The translations under genes and the position numbers were made by a program. A stretch of 64,000 nucleotides of DNA from assembly GCA_046481675.1 (NCBI GenBank), contig JAWOJJ010000102.1:44094-108093 (forward strand), read 5' to 3'. Positions 1-9,304 of this stretch are shown here, one piece after another. The notes below the pieces were generated by a model. It was not told the origin of the DNA. It saw only the letters and a program-made list of their open reading frames with translations, and searched no databases. This stretch comes from Bacteroidales bacterium (GTDB lineage: Bacteria > Bacteroidota > Bacteroidia > Bacteroidales > UBA10428). The stretch's first letter is position 1; each line of letters opens with the position of its first letter.

Positions 1-447
1 GAAGCAATTATCATGACTGTGACACTCGACAAATCGGGGAATGTATTCATTTCCCAACCTGACCAGCTAACCTATGACAGCGGCGAAGACATTATTACTG
101 TAGGTACCGGTCAGATCAAACAACAGGAAGCAGGCACGATTACCATTACATCATTAAGCGGATCTTATGAAGTATTCGAAGGTGAGGAATTCCTTTCAGT
201 GAATGCAAACACGTTGATTGATGGTTCGCAGATTACCTGGGGCTGGGATGAAGATATGGGCTGGATATTATCCGGCAATGTTCCCTTTTCTGTTGAAGAT
301 CCTGTTGAAAGTCCCATGAATTTCAGCATTGACGATGCTGTTATCGGCACCAACGGCTCACAAATTGGCGCTTCCGTGCCGGTTCCAAATTTGGGCTCAG
401 TTACCTATAAATGGACGCTTCGTCTGCTCCCCATGAATGGCAAATAA
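1..447 (+). CDS. hypothetical protein, probable C-terminal fragment (frame open to the left window edge)
   Basis: There is no stop codon between nt 1 and the listed ATG at 13 (gaa gca att atc atg). The ORF ends with TAA at 445-447. No motif recognised. Confidence 0.4.
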   Translation, partial: EAIIMTVTLDKSGNVFISQPDQLTYDSGEDIITVGTGQIKQQEAGTITITSLSGSYEVFEGEEFLSVNANTLIDGSQITWGWDEDMGWILSGNVPFSVEDPVESPMNFSIDDAVIGTNGSQIGASVPVPNLGSVTYKWTLRLLPMNGK

Positions 448-511
448 ACTGGTTCAATTATTCATGGTTTAAGTCATTATTTTCAAATTGTAATTTAAAA
501 TATGAGTCTCT

Positions 512-1243
512 ATGAAAACAGTAATGTATTTCTTGTCACTCTTACTTATTGCTGTTACCTGCCTGCAATGCAAACCAAAAGAGAATACAGTGCCTGAAGC
601 CAACCGGCTTTCTGATGAAGAAATCAGTGCGGGATGGGAATTGTTATTTGACGGAAACAGTTTTAATGGCTGGCGTAACTTCAACAGTGACACACTGGTA
701 GGTTGGGTAATTGACAGCGGCAACCTGCTGGCTCTTGGTCAGGGCGGCGATCATGCCAATGACATCATCACCACCCGCGAATTTGAAAACTTTGAACTGT
801 CGCTCGAATGGAAAACCTCAACCGGCGGCAACAGCGGCATTTTTTTTAATGCAGTTGAAGATACTGCAATTCAGGCAATTTATGAAATAGCACCGGAATA
901 CCAGATCATCGATGAAGTAACCTGGGATGGCGATTCACTCACCGAAGGGCAGAAAGCAGCAGGATGCTACGACATGTATTATGCCGCCACAGCCAAAAAG
1001 CTGATGCCCCTGGGACAGTACAATGTTTCCAAAATACTTGTTAATAAAGGCCATGTGGAACACTGGCTGAATGGTGACAAAGTTGCTGAATACCAGATGT
1101 GGACTGCTGAATGGGACAGTCTGAAGTCAGTACGGAAATGGAAAGATTACCCGCTATACGGCACTGCCCGAAAAGGACATATTGGCTTGCAGGATCACGG
1201 CCGGAAAACCTGGTTCAGAAATATCAAAATACGGAGTTTGTAA
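512..1243 (+). CDS. DUF1080 (3-keto-disaccharide hydrolase-like) domain lipoprotein
   Basis: Signal peptide with lipobox-like LQC. Contains GWELLFDG.SFNGWR, NSGIFF and a C-terminal HIGLQDHG..TWFRNIKI, which are typical of the DUF1080 family. Confidence 0.8.
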   Translation: MKTVMYFLSLLLIAVTCLQCKPKENTVPEANRLSDEEISAGWELLFDGNSFNGWRNFNSDTLVGWVIDSGNLLALGQGGDHANDIITTREFENFELSLEWKTSTGGNSGIFFNAVEDTAIQAIYEIAPEYQIIDEVTWDGDSLTEGQKAAGCYDMYYAATAKKLMPLGQYNVSKILVNKGHVEHWLNGDKVAEYQMWTAEWDSLKSVRKWKDYPLYGTARKGHIGLQDHGRKTWFRNIKIRSL

Positions 1244-1384
1244 ATGAACCCAATGGTTCGGCTCAGGCTGTGCCCATAGCCGTCAAGTTAAGAAGGTTTA
1301 AATAATTATATAATAATTAGTTATAATATTATTTTGTTTTATTTTTTGACATCTATTATCTGCCGTGCTCACGTAAACGACAGA

Positions 1385-1560
1385 TATTATAAACACAAAG
1401 TACTCAAAGTGAAATCGTCACAAAGAACGCTAAGAGATTGCACACGAAGGAAAGTCCCGCCGATGGCGGGACCTCTTGGTGTTCTTAAACTTTGTGGTCT
1501 TAGTGAAGCTTTCTCTTCGTGTACTTTCCCGCTAAGGCGGGACAAGCTGTGTTAAAAAAA
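1385..1560. repeat. cluster of short palindromic/interspersed repeat motifs with two GC-rich hairpins
   Basis: The cacaaag motif occurs at 1394-1400 and 1429-1435, with an inverted copy ctttgtg at 1490-1496. Hairpin gtcccgcc-gat-ggcgggac lies at 1454-1472 and a related hairpin tcccgc-taag-gcggga at 1527-1542. The cluster ends in an A-run. Confidence 0.55.
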
Positions 1561-1763
1561 ACTGCCAAGCGCAGCGCAGGCAGAGTATGGTAAGGATCAT
1601 ATTAACCATTGAATATCTATACTTTATTATTATTAGCTTGACGTCTATGAGAGACTTCTCACCCGCAATTCGGGTCAATTACCCAAATACATGATAAAAA
1701 TCTTGGCAGAAATGGCAGAATAGGGTTAATTTTAAATTTTTGGGAAAACATAAAACTAAAAAT

Positions 1764-3224
1764 ATGAACACAAAGCTTGAAACACTTGCACCTGCCGGAA
1801 TCTGGAATAACTTCAAAAGCCTCACCCAAATACCTCGGCCGTCAAAAAAAGAAAGTCGTGTTGTTGAATTTATCAAATCGTTTGGTGAAAAGCTGGGTAT
1901 TGAAACTGTTGTGGATTCTGTGGGTAATATTGTCATTCGCAAACCGGCAACTTCCGGTATGGAAAACCGGAAAGGTGTAATCTTTCAATCGCATGTTGAC
2001 ATGGTTCCCCAAAAGAACAGCGATAAAAAGCATGATTTTGAGAAAGATCCCATTGAAGCTTATATTGATGATGAATGGGTAAAGGCTAACGGCACTACAT
2101 TGGGCGCCGATAACGGGATTGGTGTGGCAGCCATGATGGCAGTTCTGGAATCGAAGGATTTGCAGCATGGTCCTGTTGAATGTTTGTTCACCATTGATGA
2201 AGAAACCGGTATGACCGGGGCATTTGCACTCAAACCGGGCATGCTGAAAGGCGACATCCTCATGAACCTCGATTCGGAACATGAGGGCGAACTGTTTATC
2301 GGATGTGCCGGCGGCATGGACGGGAATATTGAGTTTGACTACGTGGCAGATAATGTGCCTGACGGATATGCACCTTTTATGATCAGGGTATCGGGACTGA
2401 AAGGTGGTCACTCCGGTTTGGACATTCACATGGGCAGGGGAAACTCAAACCTGGTGCTGGTCAGGCTGCTCAGAAAAGCAGAAGAAAAAACCGGATTGCG
2501 GCTGTGCGAATTTGAAGGAGGCAATATGCGCAATGCAATACCGCGTGAAGCGCATGCCACCATACTCATACCTGAATCCGGTAAAAAGGAATTTACCACC
2601 TGGGTTGAAGGTTACAGCAAAATAATCAGTAAGGAGCTGGAAGCTACTGAGCCTGATCTCGTCGTTGAAGTCACTGCAACAGGCAAACCGGCCAGGGTAA
2701 TGGAACCTGGGTTGCAGAAAAGGGTGCTTGCCTCCATATTCACCTGTCCGAATGGTGTAATCCGCATGACCGATGGTATTGAGGGCCTTGTTGAAACATC
2801 AACCAACCTGTCAATCATTAAGACAAATACCAACACAATCAATATCAGCTGTTTGTTGAGAAGCTCGGTAGACAGTGCCAAGAAAAATCTTTCGGAGATG
2901 ATGAAGGCATTATTTGAACTGGCTGGCGGACGTGCAACATTCAGCGGTTCATACCCTGGCTGGAAACCCAATATGAACTCAGCCATTATGAAAACCATGG
3001 ATGCTTTATATCAGAAGAAATATGGTAAAAAGATGGAGATCAAGGCGGTTCATGCCGGACTGGAATGTGGCATTATCGGTGGCGTTTATCCAAACCTGGA
3101 TATGGTTTCATTTGGTCCAACCATCAAACATCCGCATTCTCCCGATGAAAAGGTTCATATTGCCAGTGTTCAGAAATTCTGGGATTTCCTGGTTGAAACC
3201 CTGAAAAATATCCCGGTAAAGTAG
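1764..3224 (+). CDS. pepD: aminoacyl-histidine (Xaa-His) dipeptidase, M20 family
   Basis: N-terminus LAPAGIWNNF..L..IPRPS.KE, then HVDMV, GADNGIG, DEETGM and a C-terminal HAGLECG..SFGP.I...HSPDE. The ATG at 1764 is preferred over the listed TTG at 1740. Confidence 0.85.
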   Translation: MNTKLETLAPAGIWNNFKSLTQIPRPSKKESRVVEFIKSFGEKLGIETVVDSVGNIVIRKPATSGMENRKGVIFQSHVDMVPQKNSDKKHDFEKDPIEAYIDDEWVKANGTTLGADNGIGVAAMMAVLESKDLQHGPVECLFTIDEETGMTGAFALKPGMLKGDILMNLDSEHEGELFIGCAGGMDGNIEFDYVADNVPDGYAPFMIRVSGLKGGHSGLDIHMGRGNSNLVLVRLLRKAEEKTGLRLCEFEGGNMRNAIPREAHATILIPESGKKEFTTWVEGYSKIISKELEATEPDLVVEVTATGKPARVMEPGLQKRVLASIFTCPNGVIRMTDGIEGLVETSTNLSIIKTNTNTINISCLLRSSVDSAKKNLSEMMKALFELAGGRATFSGSYPGWKPNMNSAIMKTMDALYQKKYGKKMEIKAVHAGLECGIIGGVYPNLDMVSFGPTIKHPHSPDEKVHIASVQKFWDFLVETLKNIPVK

Positions 3225-3241
3225 GGTTTATTCGTGAGACT

Positions 3242-3354
3242 CAAATTTCAGGAGTGAGCGAACTGAAATTTGTAAGTCGAACAATCCCGACGAAGTCGGA
3301 GGGTATAATACCCCGCAGCTCTGCTGCGGAATTAGTTTCCAAAGCTTGCTTTGG
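3242..3354. repeat. four consecutive hairpins between convergent pepD and lolA (possible bidirectional terminator or repeat element)
   Basis: The four stems are caaatttcag/ctgaaatttg (3242-3272), ccgac-gaa-gtcgg (3287-3299), ccgcagc-tct-gctgcgg (3313-3329) and ccaaag-cttg-ctttgg (3339-3354). Confidence 0.5.
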
Positions 3355-3373
3355 GGTTTCATACCCGTGATTC

Positions 3374-4045
3374 TTACTCCAAACCGCGCATATCCACTAC
3401 CTCAACTTTCCTGTGTTTTGCAGGATCGAAGGTAAATTCCGTATCGGCAATTTCCTTGTCGAGCGTGAGGTTATTGAGCGTAACCGTGTAATCTACCCCG
3501 TCTTTGCCAATGGAACTGATCACCACAGGCAGGTTGGTTTGTTTGTTCACGAATACTTTGATTCTGGAATAGGGCTGATTCAGATTCTTGGGAAACAAAT
3601 CAATTTCGTGACATGTTTGTCCGGTTTTAACCGCCTCACGAAGATACCGGTATTTGAAATCGTTCTTGTATGAAGTAAAGAAAGAGGTGGGATTCCCCAT
3701 GAAGTCGCCGGGTTGAATCACAGGCTCAGTAATGGTCACTTCATTTCCGGCGGTATTGTATGTCCACATGGTAATTCCGTTAAAATACACGGTATTGCCT
3801 TCGCTGGTTAACCTATACATCTTCTGTTTCATCACAAGATTGCCTGCCGAGGTATTTCGGGTGTTTTCCTTCCGGTCGGTGATTACAAGTTCGAAATCGC
3901 TTTGCATTGATTTCATGGAACTGAACTTCTGTGCAACACGTTCAAGAACCTGGCCGGCTGCCGGGTCCTGTATAACCTGGTCATATTGCGACCAGGAGAT
4001 TTGTGGTATGAAAACAGCAAGTATGAAAACAGGCAGGTATTTCAT
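3374..4045 (-). CDS. lolA: outer-membrane lipoprotein carrier protein LolA-like
   Basis: Has a signal peptide and is about 220 aa. It sits immediately downstream of ftsK, the conserved Bacteroidota arrangement. The sequence reads as a LolA-type beta-rich protein. Confidence 0.7.
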   Translation of the reverse strand: MKYLPVFILAVFIPQISWSQYDQVIQDPAAGQVLERVAQKFSSMKSMQSDFELVITDRKENTRNTSAGNLVMKQKMYRLTSEGNTVYFNGITMWTYNTAGNEVTITEPVIQPGDFMGNPTSFFTSYKNDFKYRYLREAVKTGQTCHEIDLFPKNLNQPYSRIKVFVNKQTNLPVVISSIGKDGVDYTVTLNNLTLDKEIADTEFTFDPAKHRKVEVVDMRGLE

Positions 4046-4080
4046 TGGTAAAAATAATTAGGCAGAATAACTTTCTGCAG

Positions 4081-6447
4081 TTACTTATCCATCTTATTCA
4101 AAAACTGTTCCAAACTGTATTCATCAGGATAAAGAACCTGGCGGGGCTTACTGCCGTCGGGCGGACCAACAATGCCGGCTGCCTCCAGCTGATCCATAAT
4201 TCGGCCTGCACGATTGTACCCTATGGAGAATTTGCGCTGCACCAGAGAGGTAGATCCCTGCTGATGGATTACCACCAGCCTGGCTGCGTCGTTAAACAAG
4301 CCATCGCGTTTTGACAAGTCAATTTCCCCTATTTCAGCGTTGGTATTTTCATCTACATATTCAGGCAGGTACAAGGCAGTCGGGAATCCCCGTTGTCCCG
4401 AAATAAATTTGGTAATACTATCTGTTTCTGGCACATCAATAAAGGCGCACTGGATTCTGATCATGTCACTTCCCGGGGCAAACAGCATATCTCCCCTGCC
4501 CACTAATTGGTTGGCACCGGGAGAATCAAGGATTGTACGCGAGTCTATCATGGAAGAAACTCTGAATGCAATTCGGGCCGGAAAATTGGCCTTAATCACC
4601 CCGGTGATGATATTGGTGGTCGGACGCTGCGTGGCAATAACCAGGTGTATTCCGATGGCACGTGCCAGCTGAGCCAGTCGTGCCAGAGGCGTTTCCACCT
4701 CCTTGCCGGCAGTCATGATCAGGTCGGCAAACTCATCCACAATTACCACAATATAGGGAAGGTAACGGTGTCCCTTCTCAGGATTCAGCTTGCGCTTGAT
4801 GAATTTGTGATTGTATTCCTTGATATTTCTTACCCCGGCCTTTTCAAGCAGCTGATAACGCTGATCCATTTCAATGGTCAATGAATTCAGTGTATAGATA
4901 ACTTTTTTGGTGTCGGTTATGATCACTTCTTCGGCATCCGGAATCTTGGCCAGGTAATGCTTTTCCAGGTTGGTATAGGCAGTGAGTTCAACACGCTTGG
5001 GGTCGATCAGCACGAACTTGAGTTGTGAAGGATGCTTTTTATAAAGCAGAGAAGTGATGATGCAGTTCAGTCCTACCGATTTCCCCTGACCTGTTGCACC
5101 TGCCAGTAAAAGATGCGGCATTTTTGCCAGGTCGAATACATAGGTCTCATTGGAAATGGTTTTGCCCATGGCAATGGGCAGCTCAAAAGTGCTTTCCTGG
5201 AATTTCCTTGAATTCAGCACCGAGCGCATGGAAACAATCTCCGGATTCTGGTTGGGCACTTCAATACCAATGGTTCCCTTTCCCGGCATGGGTGCAATAA
5301 TACGTATTCCAAGAGCAGCAAGGCTCAGGGCAATATCATCTTCCAGACTCTTGATTTTGGAAATCCGGACACCCGGGGCAGGAACAATCTCGTACAGTGT
5401 AACAGTAGGCCCGATAGTGGCTTTAATCTTGTCAATCTGTATTTTATAATTTGAAAGCGTTTCAACAATCTTGTTCTTGTTGCTGATCAGTTCCTCATTG
5501 GTCACCGTAGAGTTTACCGCGTCATGCTTCTCAAGAAGTTCAACCGATGGCATTTGATAATGTGAAAGGTCGAGTGTGGGATCATAATCTTCCAGCAATT
5601 CATACTTATCCTGGGGAGCATCGGGCACATCAGCCGGTACTTCAGTTTCCAGTTCAAGCTCAATATCGGTTTCAGCAACAGGAGGCACAAACGCAGGTTT
5701 TGTAATAACTTCACGCTCATGGCGGTTGAATTCTGTTTCAAATACCAGGTCGCTGTCATCAGGAACGGATACTTCTTCCCGGGTTTCGGCTGGCATTGCG
5801 GTAACCGAAGTGGTTTTTGCGGAAAACCGAGAGGGCAGGCTTACCGACATATTGAGCAGCTTACGGAGCCAATCAAGCGTATTGGGGTGTGAAAATACCA
5901 GCCAGATCAGTGTGGCTGCAACCAGAATCAGCGCAGCCCCAAAGGCACCGGCAAATGATTTGAGCCACTGGCTGAGATACAAGCCGTGTTTTCCACCCAA
6001 TCCGCTTCCCAGGATTCCGTGAAAACCTCCCATAACAAAACCCAACCAGATGGAAAGCAAGATGACACCAACAGTAACCACCCTGAAAATAAACCAAAGC
6101 CTTCTCACCTTCATTTTCATCAGTGTAAAGCCAAACAACAGCAGAATGAAGGGAACTGCAAAAGATGCCACTCCAAACCATCTGTTAATAAACAGGTTTG
6201 AAAAATACGCCCCAACCTTTCCCGACCAGTTATCAACCCGGTATTCAGGTTCTGAGAATACCCTTGACCAGGCAAAGCTCTGATCGGTTTTCCAGGTGAA
6301 CAGGTAGGATACAAAGGAAATAAACAGCAATACGGCAAAACTTGAAACAACAACACCCAGTGTTACCTTCAGTCTTTCGTCGGTAAAGAAGGAAGTTGAC
6401 TTTGTTCTGCCGTTTTTGCCCGTTTCGGAATTATTCTTTTTAGCCAT
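4081..6447 (-). CDS. ftsK: DNA translocase FtsK/SpoIIIE
   Basis: N-terminal TM helices, Walker A GATGQGKS, Walker B VVIVDEFADL, and a C-terminal gamma winged-helix SLVQRKFSIGYNRAGRIMDQLE. Confidence 0.95.
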   Translation of the reverse strand: MAKKNNSETGKNGRTKSTSFFTDERLKVTLGVVVSSFAVLLFISFVSYLFTWKTDQSFAWSRVFSEPEYRVDNWSGKVGAYFSNLFINRWFGVASFAVPFILLLFGFTLMKMKVRRLWFIFRVVTVGVILLSIWLGFVMGGFHGILGSGLGGKHGLYLSQWLKSFAGAFGAALILVAATLIWLVFSHPNTLDWLRKLLNMSVSLPSRFSAKTTSVTAMPAETREEVSVPDDSDLVFETEFNRHEREVITKPAFVPPVAETDIELELETEVPADVPDAPQDKYELLEDYDPTLDLSHYQMPSVELLEKHDAVNSTVTNEELISNKNKIVETLSNYKIQIDKIKATIGPTVTLYEIVPAPGVRISKIKSLEDDIALSLAALGIRIIAPMPGKGTIGIEVPNQNPEIVSMRSVLNSRKFQESTFELPIAMGKTISNETYVFDLAKMPHLLLAGATGQGKSVGLNCIITSLLYKKHPSQLKFVLIDPKRVELTAYTNLEKHYLAKIPDAEEVIITDTKKVIYTLNSLTIEMDQRYQLLEKAGVRNIKEYNHKFIKRKLNPEKGHRYLPYIVVIVDEFADLIMTAGKEVETPLARLAQLARAIGIHLVIATQRPTTNIITGVIKANFPARIAFRVSSMIDSRTILDSPGANQLVGRGDMLFAPGSDMIRIQCAFIDVPETDSITKFISGQRGFPTALYLPEYVDENTNAEIGEIDLSKRDGLFNDAARLVVIHQQGSTSLVQRKFSIGYNRAGRIMDQLEAAGIVGPPDGSKPRQVLYPDEYSLEQFLNKMDK

Positions 6448-6661
6448 TGTTGGAATTCATGCAAATTGGTACTAAAGTAAGGAAGTAGATAGTATAAACT
6501 GACGCGAGAAACAAAATGTTATTCACAATAGTTAATTGTTTTGAGCTGTCAAGCCCATTCACCTTATTTATAATCATCCTAAATTAGCCTAAAATGATTT
6601 TTATCGGGTGCAATGTAAAACGAACCTTGTTATTTTTACCTCTTTATAAGGGACCTTGTTC

Positions 6662-7090
6662 ATGGAAGCATCCGTATGCATTGAGCAGGAAGGCATTGTG
6701 GAAGAAATTGCAAACCACAGAATCAGGGTGAAACTTCGCCGTGATTCGGCTTGTGGGCAATGTAGTGCCCATGCTCTGTGTGATTTATCGGATATTTCGG
6801 AGCGGATCATTGAAAGTAGAGACAACACCTTAAACCTGAAAACAGGAGATGTTGTTGGTGTGGCTATAACCCGCAACATGGGGAATAAAGCTGTTTTCCT
6901 GGGTTATCTCGTTCCTTTTATTCTGTTGCTTTCTGTGCTGATCACCCTGAATTCGCTTGGGTTTAATGAGCTTTTGTCAGGTTTGGTTTCCATATTCATT
7001 CTTATACCATACTACCTGCTTATATACTTATTACGTGACAGACTAAAGAATTCTTTTCACTTTACTGTCCGAAAAAAAGAATTACAATGA
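6662..7090 (+). CDS. rseC: RseC/MucC family (SoxR-reducing system) membrane protein
   Basis: N-terminal Cys motif CGQCSAHALC followed by two TM helices. Its end overlaps the rnfB start by 4 nt. The ATG at 6662 is preferred over the TTG at 6656. Confidence 0.75.
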   Translation: MEASVCIEQEGIVEEIANHRIRVKLRRDSACGQCSAHALCDLSDISERIIESRDNTLNLKTGDVVGVAITRNMGNKAVFLGYLVPFILLLSVLITLNSLGFNELLSGLVSIFILIPYYLLIYLLRDRLKNSFHFTVRKKELQ

Positions 7091-7950
7091 GCATGACCAT
7101 CTTATATACGGTTTTAACACTCAGCCTGCTGGGGGCAGTGGCCGCATTGGTGTTGTACCAGGTTGCACAGCGCTTCAAAGTATTTGAGGATCCGCGGATC
7201 GATCTTGTGGAAGCTGAATTGCCGGCAGCCAATTGTGGTGGATGCGGCTATGCAGGTTGCCGCAATTTTGCAGAAGTTTTGGTTAAATCAACTTCATTTG
7301 ATGGTTTGTATTGTCCGGTTGGCGGTAATGAAACCATGGCCCGGATTGCTGCGGTACTTGGTCGTGAAGCCGTTGCCAAAGAAGCCCGGGTGGCTGTTCT
7401 GCTCTGTAATGGCACCTGTGAGTTTCGGCCACGAACCAACGTATACGATGGGACCAAATCATGTGCCATTGCATCTGCTCTTTACAGCGGAGAAACAGGA
7501 TGTACATTCGGATGTCACGGTTTCGGGGATTGTGTGGCTGTATGCGCTTTCGATGCCCTGCATATGGACGAAAAAACCGGGCTGCCTGTGGTGGACGATG
7601 AGAAATGCACAGCTTGCGGGGCCTGCGTAAAAGCCTGTCCGAGGAATCTTTTTGAATTGAGAAAGCGCTGGAAAGGGAACAAAAAGATATATGTTGCCTG
7701 CAGCAATGAAGATAAAGGCGGGGTTGCCCGAAAAAACTGTACGGTTGCCTGTATTGGCTGCGGCAAGTGTTTTAAGATATGCCCGTATGAAGCAATTGTT
7801 ATGAAGAATAACCTGGCTTTCATTGATTCCGACAAATGCAAGCTCTGTCGCAAATGTGTTGCAGAATGTCCTACCGGTTCCATCATAGAAATCGGCTTTC
7901 CGCCAAAAAAAGAAAAATCGGCTGATGAAGCAGCTTCTGTTAGTAACTGA
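7087..7950 (+). CDS. rnfB: Rnf electron transport complex subunit B (Fe-S)
   Basis: N-terminal TM helix and a CGGCGYAGC cluster. There are several CxxCxxCxxxCP ferredoxin motifs (CTACGACVKACP, CIGCGKCFKICP, CKLCRKCVAECP). Confidence 0.9.
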   Translation: MSMTILYTVLTLSLLGAVAALVLYQVAQRFKVFEDPRIDLVEAELPAANCGGCGYAGCRNFAEVLVKSTSFDGLYCPVGGNETMARIAAVLGREAVAKEARVAVLLCNGTCEFRPRTNVYDGTKSCAIASALYSGETGCTFGCHGFGDCVAVCAFDALHMDEKTGLPVVDDEKCTACGACVKACPRNLFELRKRWKGNKKIYVACSNEDKGGVARKNCTVACIGCGKCFKICPYEAIVMKNNLAFIDSDKCKLCRKCVAECPTGSIIEIGFPPKKEKSADEAASVSN

Positions 7951-7972
7951 ATTGCATAAAAAGTAGCATAAC

Positions 7973-9304
7973 GTGTTAAAAACATTTCCTAAAGGGGGTG
8001 TACATCCTCCTGAAAACAAGCTCTCGGCTCACCTTCCCATCAGGCAGATTCCCTTGCCGGCTGGCGTGACCATACTTTTGTCGCAGCACATGGGTGCACC
8101 TGCCAAAGCAATTGTTGAAAAGGGAGACAATGTCAGAACGGGCCAGCTGATTGCCAGGGGCGAAGGATTTCTCTCGGGTAATGTGCATGCTTCGGTATCG
8201 GGGAAAGTGACCCGGATTGATGAAGTTCAGGATGCCAGTGGTTACAAGCGGCAGGCTGTTTTTATTGAAACAGCAGGTGATGAATGGTTTGAAGGCATAA
8301 AAAATGATGATACCCTTGAGCAAGATTCTGATCTTGACGGGCAGGAAATAATTAAACGAATAACAGAAGCAGGAATTGTTGGTTTGGGAGGTGCTACATT
8401 CCCGTCTCACGTAAAGTTAAATGTTCCCCGGGGGAAGAAAGCAGAGTTTCTTGTAGTTAACGGGGTAGAATGTGAACCTTATCTCACTTCGGACCATGCG
8501 CTGATGCTTGAAAAGGGTGAGGAAATCATGGTTGGCGTTCAGTTGCTCAAAAAAGCGCTCAACGTGAAAGTGGCACATATTGGCATTGAAAACAACAAGC
8601 CCGATGCCATCAGGCATTTAAAAGAGCTTTCCGCAAAGCATGAGGGCATTCAGGTACACGCACTCAAAGTGAAGTACCCTCAGGGAGGTGAAAAACAATT
8701 GATCCGGGCCATTACAGGCCGTGAAGTTCCTTCGGGAGGGCTGCCGGTTGATGTAGGCGTGGTTGTATTCAACATAGGCACAGTTTATGCAGTTTATGAA
8801 GCCGTGCAAAAAAACAAACCACTGATTGAACGCATTGTCACCATTACCGGTAAAGACATCAAACAACCTTCCAATTTCAGGGTGAGAATAGGAACGCCCA
8901 TATCTGCACTTATTGAAGCTGCCGGTGGCCTGCCTGAAAATACGGGTAAAATAATTATGGGTGGGCCTATGATGGGCAAGGCTTTAGGTAATTCAGAGGT
9001 ACCGGTAGTGAAAGGTACATCGGGAATCCTGATTCTTGCCGACAGGGAATCTTCGCGATCACTCATTCAGCCATGCATCCGTTGTGCAAAATGTGTTTCA
9101 GTTTGCCCCATGAGTCTGGAGCCCTACCTGTTAATGCCGCTGGCGCAGCAAAACAAGTTCGACACATTGGAAGCAGCGCATGTGATGGATTGCATCGAAT
9201 GCGGATCATGCAGCTACATTTGTCCGGCAAGTCGTCCGTTGCTCGACTATATCAGGCAGGGAAAATCAAGTGTTGGAAAAATAATCAGATCAAGAAAAAA
9301 ATAA
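7973..9304 (+). CDS. rnfC: Rnf complex subunit C
   Basis: Contains GGATFPSHVKL, NGVECEPYLT, and two 4Fe-4S motifs CIRCAKCVSVCP and CIECGSCSYICP. Confidence 0.92.
   Translation: MLKTFPKGGVHPPENKLSAHLPIRQIPLPAGVTILLSQHMGAPAKAIVEKGDNVRTGQLIARGEGFLSGNVHASVSGKVTRIDEVQDASGYKRQAVFIETAGDEWFEGIKNDDTLEQDSDLDGQEIIKRITEAGIVGLGGATFPSHVKLNVPRGKKAEFLVVNGVECEPYLTSDHALMLEKGEEIMVGVQLLKKALNVKVAHIGIENNKPDAIRHLKELSAKHEGIQVHALKVKYPQGGEKQLIRAITGREVPSGGLPVDVGVVVFNIGTVYAVYEAVQKNKPLIERIVTITGKDIKQPSNFRVRIGTPISALIEAAGGLPENTGKIIMGGPMMGKALGNSEVPVVKGTSGILILADRESSRSLIQPCIRCAKCVSVCPMSLEPYLLMPLAQQNKFDTLEAAHVMDCIECGSCSYICPASRPLLDYIRQGKSSVGKIIRSRKK

Noticed and set aside
1111-1555. Listed ORFs 1111-1305 and 1334-1555 as possible small genes
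   Set aside because: The first is an out-of-frame overlap with the DUF1080 gene end. The second runs through palindromic repeats and hairpins, and its peptide is low-complexity and repeat-derived.
1842-2429. Long antisense ORFs inside well-supported genes (for example 1842-2429, 7459-8019, 7515-7985, 22491-22901, 54756-55223, 61280-62035)
   Set aside because: These are shadow ORFs opposite strongly motif-supported genes (pepD, rnfB, clpB, the TonB receptor, susD). Their translations are low-complexity with no motifs.
9073-9303. Long N-terminal extension of the rnfD ORF (listed start 9073), which would overlap rnfC by 232 nt
   Set aside because: The extension lies entirely inside the rnfC coding region in another frame. 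The canonical RnfD N-terminus (MSKLLTVSPSPHI) starts at the ATG that overlaps the rnfC stop (TAATG) at 9304.
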